DNA from: Acidicapsa acidisoli
GTDB taxonomy: Bacteria > Acidobacteriota > Terriglobia > Terriglobales > Acidobacteriaceae
Reading direction: 5' to 3'
Length of the DNA: 64,000 nt
Assembly: GCF_025685625.1 (NCBI RefSeq)
Contig: NZ_JAGSYI010000001.1
Coordinates: 2,211,147 to 2,275,146, forward strand
A program made the position numbers and the translations under genes. Below the pieces are notes generated by a model. It had not been told where the DNA came from. It worked only from the letters and a program-made list of their open reading frames with translations, and ran no database searches. Shown here one piece after another: positions 1-9,812 of the stretch. Within the stretch, counting starts at the first letter, position 1. Each line of letters opens with the position of its first letter.

Positions 1-2
1 CT

Positions 3-242
3 GAAAACTGCGCCAAATGTCATGGGGCTGACGCCAATGGACGCACCCATCCGCCGCCGCGTCCCAGCCTGCGCAGCGCGCGAATTCGCCACGCCACGGA
101 CGGCGAGCTAAGCTGGATGCTTCGCAACGGCGATCCGTACCAGGGAATGCCTTCGTGGGCTTCTCTGCCGGAGCAGCAACGATGGCAGATTATCGCCTAC
201 CTGCGCACGCTGCCGCCGAGATCGTCCGCAGCGAAGCATTAG
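3..242 (+). CDS. c-type cytochrome, C-terminal fragment (5' end outside window)
   Basis: Frame 3 is open from the window edge to TAG at 240-242. Translation ENCAKCHGADANG...GMPSWASLPEQQRWQIIAYLRTL carries a CXXCH haem motif. It is homologous to the N-terminal cytochrome-c domain of the 13194..14249 protein (CAQCHAPDGRGD...GMPAWRS...WKLARFIHSL). Confidence 0.5.
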   Translation, partial: ENCAKCHGADANGRTHPPPRPSLRSARIRHATDGELSWMLRNGDPYQGMPSWASLPEQQRWQIIAYLRTLPPRSSAAKH

Positions 243-385
243 GAAGTCTCTGAACAAGTTCATTATGGCTGGAAATTGCGCCAGTCGAAATATTCCCTGG
301 GCGGCTAAAGCCACGCCCTTTCAAGACAACCTGGTTCCGGGGCTTGTTCAGAGTTTCCTTAATCTTCCGCTGCGGGTGTAACGCT

Positions 386-3300
386 CTAAACACTTTCCAT
401 CAATTCGTCGGTTTGCTTGCTCATCTTGGCCGTGCGGGCGATCTTGTCCCAGTTGAAAGGCCGTCCGTCGATGGCGCGTTTCACGGTTTTGAAGAGCACT
501 ACGGAAAATACCTGGCGATAGGCGAAGCGCTGCAGCCAGATATGGAAGAGCAGCCAGACGTCGCCCTTGTTAGCGGGGTGCTTGCGCTCCAGGCTGAAGG
601 CGACTGAGGAGGTGATGAAGTCGATCACCATGAAGGTCAGGAAGTAGGCCAGCAGCTTTTCGAACGATGCATTGCTCGCCGACTCAGGGTGATAGTAGCG
701 GTCCCAGAAGAACTGCCCGACACCGAAGAGGAACATGATGTCGATGAAGGGTGAGACCAGCGGCAGCAGCATCTGAAAGACGATGATGTTGGGCAGTGCG
801 AACAGTCCCATTGCCTTGTTGCGCACAAAGGCCGCGCGATGCTTCCATACCGCTTGGAGTGTTCCAAAGGACCAGCGGAATCGCTGCCGCATCAGGCCTT
901 TCGCGTCGACCGGAGCTTCGGTAAACGCGAGCGACCGATCTTCGTAGACGACCTTAAGCCTCTGCTCCAGCAGACTCATGGTCAGATCGGCATCCTCCGC
1001 GACTGTGTTGAGAGGGTAACCTCCGGCAGCTTTCACCGGCGCGGTTCGCCAGGCGCCGATTGCGCCCGGAACGACAGTGACCACGTTGAAGAGGTCGAGG
1101 GCGCGGCGCTCGAAGTTCTGGCTGGTGATGTATTCAAGAGCCTGCCAGCGTGTCCAGAGGTTGACGCGATTGCCGACCTTGGCGTTGCCGGCGACGGCGC
1201 CTACCAGCGGATCTTCAAAATGCGGAATCAGCTTGGCGATGGCGTCGGGTGCGATGACCGTATCGGCGTCGATGCCGACGTAGAACTCCTCTGTCAGGCA
1301 ATCGACGGCATAGTTGAGCGCAGCCGCCTTGCCACCGTTGGCCTTGGTCAACACGGCCACTTTTCCGGCTGCGATCTCGGGTGCGTAGGCTTCGCGGGCT
1401 ACCTCGGCTGTGCGGTCGCTTGATCCGTCGTCGATCACCACTACATGCAGATTGGGGTAGCTCGAATTCAGGACCGAACGCACGGTGCGGACGATGACTG
1501 TCTCCTCGTTGTACGCGGGCACCAGTACGGCGACTCGCGGAGTAAAACCCGGAGTCGGCTCGCGATGCTTGCGTAGCCGGTCGATGATGGCGAGGATTCC
1601 CACCAGCACCAGCCGCGCGCTCATCAACACATCTCCAACGAAGAAGACCAGCACGATGAAGTGACCGAAGAAGGACAGAATGCTGAAGGCGACCGAGTCG
1701 GCACGCGCCCTCCAGTACTGCATTCCTGTGATTTTCGGCATCACTTCCGCTGTAGTCTTGCCCATCAGCGAAGAGACGGGCACGATCTTGTAGCCGTGGG
1801 CGCGCAGGGCATCGATCAGCACCGGCAGCGCGGCCACGGTGGGCGCGCGGTTGCCGCCGCCATCATGCATGAGAATGATGCTGCCCTGGAACTGCGGCTT
1901 GGTCTTCATGTTGTCCAACTGCGCAAGCACCGAGGCAGTGATCTCCTGTGGAGACTTGCGCGGATGCTCGTCCCAGTCGTCGGTGTCGATGTTGTCACCT
2001 ACGACCACGTAGCCCATCTTCTCGACGCGGTCGGCAGGCTCGGCCTGATCATCGGTATCGGGGTCCTGGTCGATGTCGTACGGAGGCCGGAAATAAAGTG
2101 GCTGGATGCCCAGCTTGCTGGCAAAGAGCCGCTCGGTGAGGTTGAGTTCCAGTTGTAGTTGCCGGGACGACACCTCACTGATATCCGGATGGCTGTAGGT
2201 GTGATTGCCGATCTCGTGACCTTCGCGCACGAGGCGCTGCATCAGGCCCACGTTTTCCTGCGCCTCCGAGCCGATCAGCATGAAGGTACCTTTGACGTTC
2301 TTCTGTTTCAGAATGTCGAGGACCTTTGGCGTCCAGGTGGGATCTGGCCCGTCATCGAAGCTGAGAGCGACCTCGCCGGGATGGTAGCCGTAGTGCTCCA
2401 CTTTGTAGCCCAATGGATAGGAATCCATGTGCTCGTCTATGATGAGTCTGCTTCGAGGATCGGTGTCGTCGGTGTCGAGTTCGATGGTGCGTCTCCCCGG
2501 CTTTGGCCTCTCCGTGATGCGGATAATGTCTCCGACGCCTTCATCGTCCAGGTCATGACCAGGGGGGACAACACTTAGTGCGTTCAGAGAATCAGGGCTG
2601 CTTGGCTTGTCCCAGATGCTCCAGAGCGAGCGGTCTTCCTGCCCCAGCGACCATAGCGCAAAGGTCTGAATACCCAACGCCCGCGCGCCGCGCATCTCAT
2701 TGAGCATGGTCACGGCATCCAGAAACCAGACGACATGTCGGACGTGGTTGTCCTCGTCGATGAAGGAATAGTGCGGGTTCAGCGAGTCGTAATCCAGATC
2801 GAGATCGGCGTCCGCGTCCGAAGCCCGCTGCCATGCATCTTGGACGCTCAGGTCATCGGTAAAAAGCACCTTCGGCTTGGGGTGCTTTTTGTCTTTCGGG
2901 TCAGGGATCGAGATTTGCCAGTCGTAGCCGTAGTTCCCGACGGCGCAGATGATCTTTCCCTTCGGCACAACCTTCAGAACGCGCTTAAGGTTGTCGAGGA
3001 ACCACGACTGCGAGGCGACGGGGCCCGGTTCGCTACCTTCTTCATGCTCGTCGTAGTTCATGACGAGCAGTCCGTCGGAGTTGGCCGCCATGCGCTTCAG
3101 CGTGTCGTCGTCGGTCGAAACCTCGACGTTGATATAGAGGCGCAGATTACGCGCATGCATATCTGAGTACAGCGCCTGGATGAACTGGAGGTAGGCTTCC
3201 TGGGCGTTGTCCGGTATGTTTTCGAGGTCCAGCGAGAGTCCGCGGTATGCCGGCAGACCGACAAAGAAGCTGATGATCTGCGAGCGCAACGCCTGACTCT

Positions 3301-3919
3301 TGACAGGGTCGGTCAGCACTCCGCCAATGGCTGGATCGAAGCTCTGATTTTGCGGGTTGAAGCTGCTCAGATTCGGGAAGATTTCGGTATCTTCCTTGGC
3401 GGCCGTAATCACGTTCTTGACCTTGTTCATCTCGTCTGGATCATGAACGCCGTGATTATCGACCGCACGATACTCCCGGCGGTCATCGCTGGATTCGTCC
3501 ATCAGATTTCCGTCAGGCTCCGAAACGTGGAGCCAGACCGGAAAGAGAATATCCAGTTGATGAACGTGCTCTTTGAACGAGGAGTAGCTGGCCGCATTAT
3601 CTGGCCGGTAATACGCAGCGCGGAGACTTTCCCCGGTGTTGAAGGGGATGTCGGAAGGTCTGCGCGCCGTCCTTCGCCGCGCCGGCTTTTCTTTAGCTTT
3701 TTCTGCCCGGATCAGATCCGATTGCCGGTCGCGGAGTGCTTTGAAGTTGTGCTTCGGACTGGACAGCAGCAGATCGGGAAGCTTCTGCTGGCGAAGCACA
3801 TTGAAGATAAAGATTGCAACCACCACTGTAAACAGGAGTGCGGAAATGTCCAGAACGCGGCGGAGCCGCTTCCAGCGTTTACGATGCGGGTCGAGAAAAA
3901 TCTGTTTGTCGGGTGTCAT
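386..3919 (-). CDS. multidomain exopolysaccharide enzyme: N-terminal TM anchor, GH18-like glycoside hydrolase domain, CE4 (NodB) polysaccharide deacetylase domain, TM segment, GT2 processive glycosyltransferase (PgaC/IcaA/NodC-like) and C-terminal TM helices
   Basis: 1177-aa ORF. GH18-like motifs GLSLDLE and LVMNYDEH. NodB/CE4 block VALSFDDGPDPTWTPKVLDILKQKNVKGTFMLIG...HEIGNHTYSHPDIS. GT2 motifs VAVLVPAYNEE, VVIDDGSSD, GIDADT and QRFRWSFG(T). Hydrophobic segments flank the domains. Confidence 0.85.
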   Translation of the reverse strand: MTPDKQIFLDPHRKRWKRLRRVLDISALLFTVVVAIFIFNVLRQQKLPDLLLSSPKHNFKALRDRQSDLIRAEKAKEKPARRRTARRPSDIPFNTGESLRAAYYRPDNAASYSSFKEHVHQLDILFPVWLHVSEPDGNLMDESSDDRREYRAVDNHGVHDPDEMNKVKNVITAAKEDTEIFPNLSSFNPQNQSFDPAIGGVLTDPVKSQALRSQIISFFVGLPAYRGLSLDLENIPDNAQEAYLQFIQALYSDMHARNLRLYINVEVSTDDDTLKRMAANSDGLLVMNYDEHEEGSEPGPVASQSWFLDNLKRVLKVVPKGKIICAVGNYGYDWQISIPDPKDKKHPKPKVLFTDDLSVQDAWQRASDADADLDLDYDSLNPHYSFIDEDNHVRHVVWFLDAVTMLNEMRGARALGIQTFALWSLGQEDRSLWSIWDKPSSPDSLNALSVVPPGHDLDDEGVGDIIRITERPKPGRRTIELDTDDTDPRSRLIIDEHMDSYPLGYKVEHYGYHPGEVALSFDDGPDPTWTPKVLDILKQKNVKGTFMLIGSEAQENVGLMQRLVREGHEIGNHTYSHPDISEVSSRQLQLELNLTERLFASKLGIQPLYFRPPYDIDQDPDTDDQAEPADRVEKMGYVVVGDNIDTDDWDEHPRKSPQEITASVLAQLDNMKTKPQFQGSIILMHDGGGNRAPTVAALPVLIDALRAHGYKIVPVSSLMGKTTAEVMPKITGMQYWRARADSVAFSILSFFGHFIVLVFFVGDVLMSARLVLVGILAIIDRLRKHREPTPGFTPRVAVLVPAYNEETVIVRTVRSVLNSSYPNLHVVVIDDGSSDRTAEVAREAYAPEIAAGKVAVLTKANGGKAAALNYAVDCLTEEFYVGIDADTVIAPDAIAKLIPHFEDPLVGAVAGNAKVGNRVNLWTRWQALEYITSQNFERRALDLFNVVTVVPGAIGAWRTAPVKAAGGYPLNTVAEDADLTMSLLEQRLKVVYEDRSLAFTEAPVDAKGLMRQRFRWSFGTLQAVWKHRAAFVRNKAMGLFALPNIIVFQMLLPLVSPFIDIMFLFGVGQFFWDRYYHPESASNASFEKLLAYFLTFMVIDFITSSVAFSLERKHPANKGDVWLLFHIWLQRFAYRQVFSVVLFKTVKRAIDGRPFNWDKIARTAKMSKQTDELMESV

Positions 3920-3944
3920 CTGTGTCTGGGGAACCTAATCTGGT

Positions 3945-5636
3945 TTGCCGAATGCGCCTGAATCAATCGTGCGTTGCGGATTCCGTCCTGAGCGTCCGAG
4001 GTTACACTCGAATCGTATGGAAGCAGGTTCGGTGCGTCAATTCAAAGCGAGACACATTTCTGGGCAAAACAAGGCTGCTGCGCAAAACGTGCAGCCTGAG
4101 GGTAAGGAAGTCAAATCCACTCCTGCGGCAAAACTCGAATCAACGCCGGAACCGGCGTCTACTCCTGTTCCCAGTGTAAGCTGGCAGGCCGGGCGTCCCG
4201 GCTGCTTTGGCTGGCGCTGGCTGGGCTGGCGGGCAATGGCCGCACTGATCGGCGGGCTGATTCTTCGCTTGTGGATGCTCTCCGCTTTTCCGCAGGATAA
4301 CGGCGACGCGCTGATTTACGGCGGCATTGCCAGGAATATCGTTCTCCATGGAGCATTTGCCATTACCGACGGAAGCGGCGTGGTCCACTCAACGCTGATC
4401 CGGCTGCCGGGCTACCCGCTTTTTCTTGCGCTTTGCTTTCGTTTCTTCGGTATCGCCAACTATAACGCTGTTACATACTTACAGATTTTTCTCGAACTCG
4501 GAGCGTGTCTGCTGCAGGCTGATTTTGTCCGCCGGATCAGTTCGCCGAGGGCTGGTCTAAACGCGCTTTGGTTGGGCGCGATGTGCCCGTTCACGGCGGT
4601 CTATACTTCTGCTCCGCTGACCGAATCGCTCACTTTCGACGCGATCTGCCTAGCGATGTGGTCGCTGGAACGATATTCCAGCGGAATGGCGAAGGGCAAA
4701 CCTGAACCAGGCATGAGGGCATGGAGCGCTCTGGGTCTCTTTACTCTTGCCATTAGTTCCGCTGCGCTTCTGCGTCCGGACGGCGCTTTGCTGGCCTTTA
4801 CTCTATGGCCGGCTTTGCTGTTCTCATCGCGTCAAGCCGGAGTTTCACTGAGGCCGGCATTGCGCAATGCCCTGCGGAATGCTTTGCTGTGCGGCGTGAT
4901 CTCGGTGCTTCCCTTTGCCGTGTGGACTGCGCGCAACTGGCGGACATTCCATGTTTTCGAGCCGCTTGCCCCGCGCTACGCCAACGATCCCGGCGAAGAC
5001 CCGCACCTTGGCTGGCAGCACTGGGTCAAGACGTGGTGCCTCGACTTCAGTTGCACGTACCAGATTTACTGGAATGTGCCGGACAATACGATCGAATTGA
5101 GCGATCTGCCGAGCCAGGCTTTCGACTCGCCAGCGCAACAGCAGCAGACGGCGCAGTTGATCTCCGAATACAACGTGGATCAAGAGATTACGCCGGCGCT
5201 CGACGCTCGCTTTGAATCCCTGGCGCGGGAACGGGCCGCAAGCCATCCGCTGCGTACCTGGTTGCTGCTGCCGATGGGACGGCTGGCGGATATGACGTTT
5301 CGTCCGCGCGTTGAAAATCTGCCAATCGATCTGCGCTGGTGGCAATATTACCTGCATCACGCGGAAACGAAATTCAGCGTGGCCTACGGTTTGGTCAATC
5401 TGTTACTTATCGTGCTGGGGATAGCCGGGCTTGTCTGCCGCCCGCGTTACTGGCCGTACATGGCCGCGTATTTAGTGCTGCGCAGCCTGCTTCTGCTCAC
5501 GATCGAAGCGCCTGAGACTCGCTATACGCTCGAATTTTTCCCGATGCTCTTTGCGGCGGGCGGGATCGCGCTTCAACGCATCTTCTCCGGGCAAAAGTCT
5601 GGAACAAAGTCTCGGCGAAAGCAATTGCAAACGTGA
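3945..5636 (+). CDS. GT39/ArnT-like (PMT-type) integral membrane glycosyltransferase, start uncertain
   Basis: 563-aa ORF with many TM helices. N-terminal region LILRLWMLSAFPQDNGDALIYGGIARNI is typical of ArnT/PMT (GT39/GT83) family proteins. More plausible starts are ATG 4017 or ATG 4236 (MAALIGG...). Confidence 0.6.
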   Translation: MPNAPESIVRCGFRPERPRLHSNRMEAGSVRQFKARHISGQNKAAAQNVQPEGKEVKSTPAAKLESTPEPASTPVPSVSWQAGRPGCFGWRWLGWRAMAALIGGLILRLWMLSAFPQDNGDALIYGGIARNIVLHGAFAITDGSGVVHSTLIRLPGYPLFLALCFRFFGIANYNAVTYLQIFLELGACLLQADFVRRISSPRAGLNALWLGAMCPFTAVYTSAPLTESLTFDAICLAMWSLERYSSGMAKGKPEPGMRAWSALGLFTLAISSAALLRPDGALLAFTLWPALLFSSRQAGVSLRPALRNALRNALLCGVISVLPFAVWTARNWRTFHVFEPLAPRYANDPGEDPHLGWQHWVKTWCLDFSCTYQIYWNVPDNTIELSDLPSQAFDSPAQQQQTAQLISEYNVDQEITPALDARFESLARERAASHPLRTWLLLPMGRLADMTFRPRVENLPIDLRWWQYYLHHAETKFSVAYGLVNLLLIVLGIAGLVCRPRYWPYMAAYLVLRSLLLLTIEAPETRYTLEFFPMLFAAGGIALQRIFSGQKSGTKSRRKQLQT

Positions 5637-5649
5637 CCGTCCGCGAACT

Positions 5650-6420
5650 TCAATGGTTGACGATCTGCGTTCCCGATGGGGTCTTGATCACAAATGCATC
5701 GTCTGGAATCTTTGAGTTGAGGCGAATATCGTTGTAAAGGAACACGACGTAACTGGCATCGCTGGAAAACTTCTGCTGCTTCACCGCGACGCCCTTGTCC
5801 ATGTCAATCCAGAGCAGCACCCTGGAAGTGGTCTTGGCGAGACTCGCGTCGCGGGGCGTCAATTCCAGCTTTGTGGCGGCAACTCCACTTACCTGCTCTG
5901 TTCCGGCGTACGTTATGTTCCAGTTTTTCGCCAGATCCTTGCCGCTGCCGCCAAAACCGAGCGTCAGAAATGTCTCTAGTTCCGAGCGTTTCTCGCCGAC
6001 CTGGAAGACCTGGAGCTGCTTCAGACGAGCTTCATAGAGCTTTCCGACGCCGTCAGAATAGACCATATCTTTTTCCAGCGGCTTGCCGTTGAAGGTCTTG
6101 AGATGGACAGCAATTTTCATCTGGCCGTCTTTCCGTTCAAAGATCGCCGTCCCCGTCTGCTTGTCGTCTTCTTCGATAGGCTTCGTTTGCACGTTGTCCC
6201 AGACAAACTGCGCCTGTGCGGACTTGAATTTTGCTGCGGAAGCATCGAGCTTTGTCAGAACTTTTTCCAGATCCGTCGGAGCTTTCGCGGGAGCCGGAGT
6301 TTGTGCGAAAACGAGGGGCGGCAGCGGGACAATGGCCGTCGCCTCAAGGGTGAGCCCGAATAGGAGCACTACATTGAGACCAAAAGATCTAGACGCGAGA
6401 ATCATCATTCCACCTGCCAA
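5650..6420 (-). CDS. secreted LolA-like / outer-membrane lipoprotein-sorting fold protein
   Basis: 256 aa with an N-terminal signal-like hydrophobic segment, then a beta-rich sequence with features like LolA/LppX-fold proteins (KFKSAQAQFVWDN..., GKPLEKDMVYSDG). Assignment by resemblance only. Confidence 0.4.
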   Translation of the reverse strand: MAGGMMILASRSFGLNVVLLFGLTLEATAIVPLPPLVFAQTPAPAKAPTDLEKVLTKLDASAAKFKSAQAQFVWDNVQTKPIEEDDKQTGTAIFERKDGQMKIAVHLKTFNGKPLEKDMVYSDGVGKLYEARLKQLQVFQVGEKRSELETFLTLGFGGSGKDLAKNWNITYAGTEQVSGVAATKLELTPRDASLAKTTSRVLLWIDMDKGVAVKQQKFSSDASYVVFLYNDIRLNSKIPDDAFVIKTPSGTQIVNH

Positions 6421-6468
6421 CTTGGACGAATAGGAAGCTGCAAAGTCCCCGAAAATAAAGCAGAACGA

Positions 6469-6843
6469 CTAGCGATGTGCCCAGACTTTCCATGCGGTTG
6501 GCTTGCCATCGACGTAAGCTGTTGTTTCCCACCGTACCACCGCGACTGCATCCCCTGTGACTGGCTCGATGGCCTGGTGCAGCGCCCTGCGGACATGCCA
6601 GTCTCCGGCGGACGGGTCCACCCAGACATCCTTGTACGGGACAGTGACGATCAGACCGTGATCGCCATCACCGACAACCAGGGTTGGACCGGTAAAGCCC
6701 GCTTCGCGAAACGGCTTGTCTCCGTAGTTCCAGATATGGGGCGTGATGAAGATGAAGGCCAGAATCAGCGTGACCATCACGTCGTAGTGGAAGCTGCCCC
6801 GTTGGTGGGTCCAGAAAAAATAGCTCTTCAACGTCTTTTGCAT
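6469..6843 (-). CDS. hypothetical membrane-anchored protein
   Basis: 124-aa ORF with one N-terminal TM segment (MVTLILAFIFITPHIW) then a soluble domain. Sits between the LolA-like gene and serS on the same strand. Confidence 0.4.
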   Translation of the reverse strand: MQKTLKSYFFWTHQRGSFHYDVMVTLILAFIFITPHIWNYGDKPFREAGFTGPTLVVGDGDHGLIVTVPYKDVWVDPSAGDWHVRRALHQAIEPVTGDAVAVVRWETTAYVDGKPTAWKVWAHR

Positions 6844-6887
6844 CTGTCCTTCTACCCTGCTGTCCTGACTGACTTACTGCTGCTTTA

Positions 6888-8210
6888 TTACTGTGAGGTA
6901 ATCCGATCCAGGCCGCCCATATAAGGCTTCAGCGCTTCGGGAATTGCCACCGAGCCATCGGCCTGCTGATAGTTTTCGAGAATCGCCAGCCATGTTCGTC
7001 CCACCGCCAGGCCGCTGCCGTTGATCGTGTGGATGAACTCATTTTTGCCTTTGCCGCCCGGTTTGAAGCGGATATTCGCACGCCGCGCCTGGAAGGCTTC
7101 GAAGTTCGAGCAGGAAGAGATCTCCCGGTACAAACCCTGTCCTGGTAGCCAGACCTCAAGATCGAACGTCTTCGCGGAGGAAAATCCCGTGTCACCGCTG
7201 CACAGCAGCATACGGCGGTAAGGGAGACCGAGTGTTTCGAGAATCTCTTCAGCGTCGCGGGTGAGCTTTTCATGTTCGGCGTCCGATTCCTCGGGACGCA
7301 CGAATTTCACCAATTCGACTTTCTGGAACTGGTGCTGGCGAATGATTCCGCGGGTATCCTTGCCGGCTGCTCCGGCTTCGGCGCGGAAGCAGGGTGTGTA
7401 GGCCGTGAGCAGAATGGGAAGCTTCGCGTCGTCAAGGATTTCGTCACGGTAGAGATTGGTCACCGGAACTTCGGCGGTCGGAATCAGCCAGTGATCGTTG
7501 TCGCGATACTCGCCCTCGACGAAGTCCGTCCCGTCACCGCATCGAAAGAGGTCATCGCCGAACTTCGGCAACTGGCCGGTTCCGAAGAGGCTCTTGCTGT
7601 TCACCATGAAGGGCGGCAGAATCTCGGTATACCCGTGCTTACTGGTGTGCAGATCGAGCATGAAGCTGATCAGCGCCCGTTCAAGCCTCGCTCCAACGCC
7701 CCTGTAGACGGCAAAACGTGCTCCGCTGATTTTGGCAGCGCGCTCCAAATCCAGAATTCCAAGCGACTCGCCAAGCTCCCAATGCGGCTTAGGCGTGAAT
7801 TCGAAGGCTGGAATCGCGCCCCAGCTCTTGACGACGACGTTATCCTCTTCGGATTTTCCGGCAGGCACTTCGTCGCGGGTCAGATTGGGAATGCGCGCAA
7901 GGGATTGACGCATTTCGTCATCCAGAGCCGCCGCAGTCGTGTCGAGCGCGTCCAGTCGCTCTTTGAGCGCCCGGGTTTCTTCCATCACAGCATTTGCCGC
8001 TGCGTCCTGCCCTGACTTTTTCAGCGCGCCGACCTGCTGGCTCAGCTCATTGCGCCGCGCCTTGTATTGCTCAGATTGGGTGATTGCCTCGCGGCGGCTA
8101 GCGTCGAGGGAGTGGAAATCTCCCAGCAATAACGCCGGGTCGGCACCGCGGACGCGCAGCTTTTCTTCCACCAAAGGCAGGTTATTGCGTACAAATCCCA
8201 AGTCCAACAT
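6888..8210 (-). CDS. serS: seryl-tRNA synthetase
   Basis: 440 aa with N-terminal coiled-coil arm and class-II aaRS core. Conserved blocks [29 protein letters not shown] and [18 protein letters not shown]. Confidence 0.95.
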   Translation of the reverse strand: MLDLGFVRNNLPLVEEKLRVRGADPALLLGDFHSLDASRREAITQSEQYKARRNELSQQVGALKKSGQDAAANAVMEETRALKERLDALDTTAAALDDEMRQSLARIPNLTRDEVPAGKSEEDNVVVKSWGAIPAFEFTPKPHWELGESLGILDLERAAKISGARFAVYRGVGARLERALISFMLDLHTSKHGYTEILPPFMVNSKSLFGTGQLPKFGDDLFRCGDGTDFVEGEYRDNDHWLIPTAEVPVTNLYRDEILDDAKLPILLTAYTPCFRAEAGAAGKDTRGIIRQHQFQKVELVKFVRPEESDAEHEKLTRDAEEILETLGLPYRRMLLCSGDTGFSSAKTFDLEVWLPGQGLYREISSCSNFEAFQARRANIRFKPGGKGKNEFIHTINGSGLAVGRTWLAILENYQQADGSVAIPEALKPYMGGLDRITSQ

Positions 8211-8225
8211 GGTTCTTCCAGCTTA

Positions 8226-9686
8226 CTATGGCTGTTTCCGACGTTCCCCGGCAGCGACCGCAAGCGGGCGGGGAGCAGCTTCGTGGGCCGGCATTTGAGC
8301 GGGAATAGGATCGTGCGTGTCAGGATCATGCGGGTCGGGATCGTGAGGATCAAGCGCCGAACCGTGCGTCGCTTCCTCCCAGCCAGTCAGCCGCTGGTCG
8401 CCGGTAATCAGGCGGGCTCCATCGGTAAAGGTGAAGTAGGTCCAGGCCCAGGAGCTGAAAATTGCCAGGCGGCTGCGGAAGCCGATGAGGAAGTAGATAT
8501 GCACCACGATCCAGGTCACCCAGGCCATGAAGCCGCCCCAGTGGGCTTTGAACGGCCACTCGATCTTGGCGACTGCCGCGTGGCGACCGATGGTCGCCAT
8601 GTCCCCCTTGTCGAAGTAGCGGAAGTTGGGCCGGGTTTTGCCTTCCAGATCGGCGGCAATCACCTTCGCCACGTGGCGGCCCATCTGCATTGCGGGCTGG
8701 GCTACGCCGGGAACAGGACGTCCATCCTGTTCAAAATGAGCAAGATCACCACAGACGAAGACTTCGGGCAATCCCTCTGGATTCAACTGCTTGTCTACGA
8801 GGACCGCGCCGCGCTTGTCGACCGGCGCGCCCAGCATTCTGCCCAGCGGCGAGGCTGCCACTCCGGCGGCCCACAAGGTTACGACTGCCTCGACTCGCTC
8901 GTCGCCGATCATAACGTATCCCGCGCCCACGTCGGTGACTTGCTTGTCGGTCCAGACTTCGACACCAAGCCCTTCCAGTTGTTTCAGGGCCATCGCGGAG
9001 AGATCCTCGGGGAACGTCCCAAGAATGCGGTGCGCGCCCTCGATCAATAACACCCGCGCCATTCCGGGATTGATGTGGCGGAAGTCGTGGCGCATGTAGA
9101 GGCGGGCAATGTCCGACACCGCGCCGGCAAGCTCGACTCCTGTGGGTCCGCCGCCGATGACGACAAAATTCAGCGGCGGATGCCAGCCGTGTTCGAGCAT
9201 GTGCCGCTCCGCCAGTTCAAAGGCCAGCAGCACGCGGCGGCGAATCTCGATCGCGTCCTCAATGGACTTCAGCCCAGGCGCGAATTTTGCCCACTCTTCA
9301 TGGCCGAAGTAAGAGTGGGTTGCTCCGGTTCCGAGAATCAGGTAGTCGTAGTTGATCGTTGTGCCGCTGGCCAGCTTCAGTTGGCGATCAGTAGTCTCAA
9401 TCTCCATCACCTCGTCCATCAGTACTTCGGTATTGGCGTTCTTGCGGACCACGGTGCGGATCGGTTGGGCGATTTGCGCCGGTGACAGAACTGCCAGGGC
9501 AACCTGGTAGAGCAATGGCTGAAATGTGTGGTGATTTCGGCGGTCGATTACTGTTACGTCGACGGGAAGCTTGCCTAACGCCTGGGCCGCGTTGAGGCCT
9601 GCGAATCCGCCTCCGACGACGGCTACGCGCGGCCTTTTGACAGACGCAGCATTGTGGGGGGCGGACGGCGGAGTCAGCTGGCTCAT
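8226..9686 (-). CDS. ndh: type II NADH:quinone oxidoreductase (NDH-2) with low-complexity C-terminal tail
   Basis: Dinucleotide-binding motifs RVAVVGGGFAGLNAA and FVVIGGGPTGVELAGA, plus conserved FVCGD. C-terminal PHDPDPHDPDTHDP repeats are encoded by three 15-bp tandem repeats. Confidence 0.9.
   Translation of the reverse strand: MSQLTPPSAPHNAASVKRPRVAVVGGGFAGLNAAQALGKLPVDVTVIDRRNHHTFQPLLYQVALAVLSPAQIAQPIRTVVRKNANTEVLMDEVMEIETTDRQLKLASGTTINYDYLILGTGATHSYFGHEEWAKFAPGLKSIEDAIEIRRRVLLAFELAERHMLEHGWHPPLNFVVIGGGPTGVELAGAVSDIARLYMRHDFRHINPGMARVLLIEGAHRILGTFPEDLSAMALKQLEGLGVEVWTDKQVTDVGAGYVMIGDERVEAVVTLWAAGVAASPLGRMLGAPVDKRGAVLVDKQLNPEGLPEVFVCGDLAHFEQDGRPVPGVAQPAMQMGRHVAKVIAADLEGKTRPNFRYFDKGDMATIGRHAAVAKIEWPFKAHWGGFMAWVTWIVVHIYFLIGFRSRLAIFSSWAWTYFTFTDGARLITGDQRLTGWEEATHGSALDPHDPDPHDPDTHDPIPAQMPAHEAAPRPLAVAAGERRKQP
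8308..8352. repeat. 3 x 15-bp tandem repeat inside the ndh coding sequence (encodes the PHDPD tail)
   Basis: aggatcgtgcgtgtc / aggatcatgcgggtc / gggatcgtgaggatc on the plus strand. Encodes ...PHDPDPHDPDTHDP... on the minus strand. Confidence 0.6.
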
Positions 9687-9812
9687 GTCGTTGATCCTCC
9701 CCCGTTGTGATGCCGGAATTCCCTCAAAGGTATCGCAAGATCAGGGCATCGCCGCGATTTGGCCTTCAACGGAAACGAGAGACGGGCTCAGCCGAGGTTT
9801 GGGTTAACGATG

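Noticed and set aside
7272-8015. 247-aa ORF antisense to serS
   Set aside because: Shadow ORF opposite a universally conserved gene.
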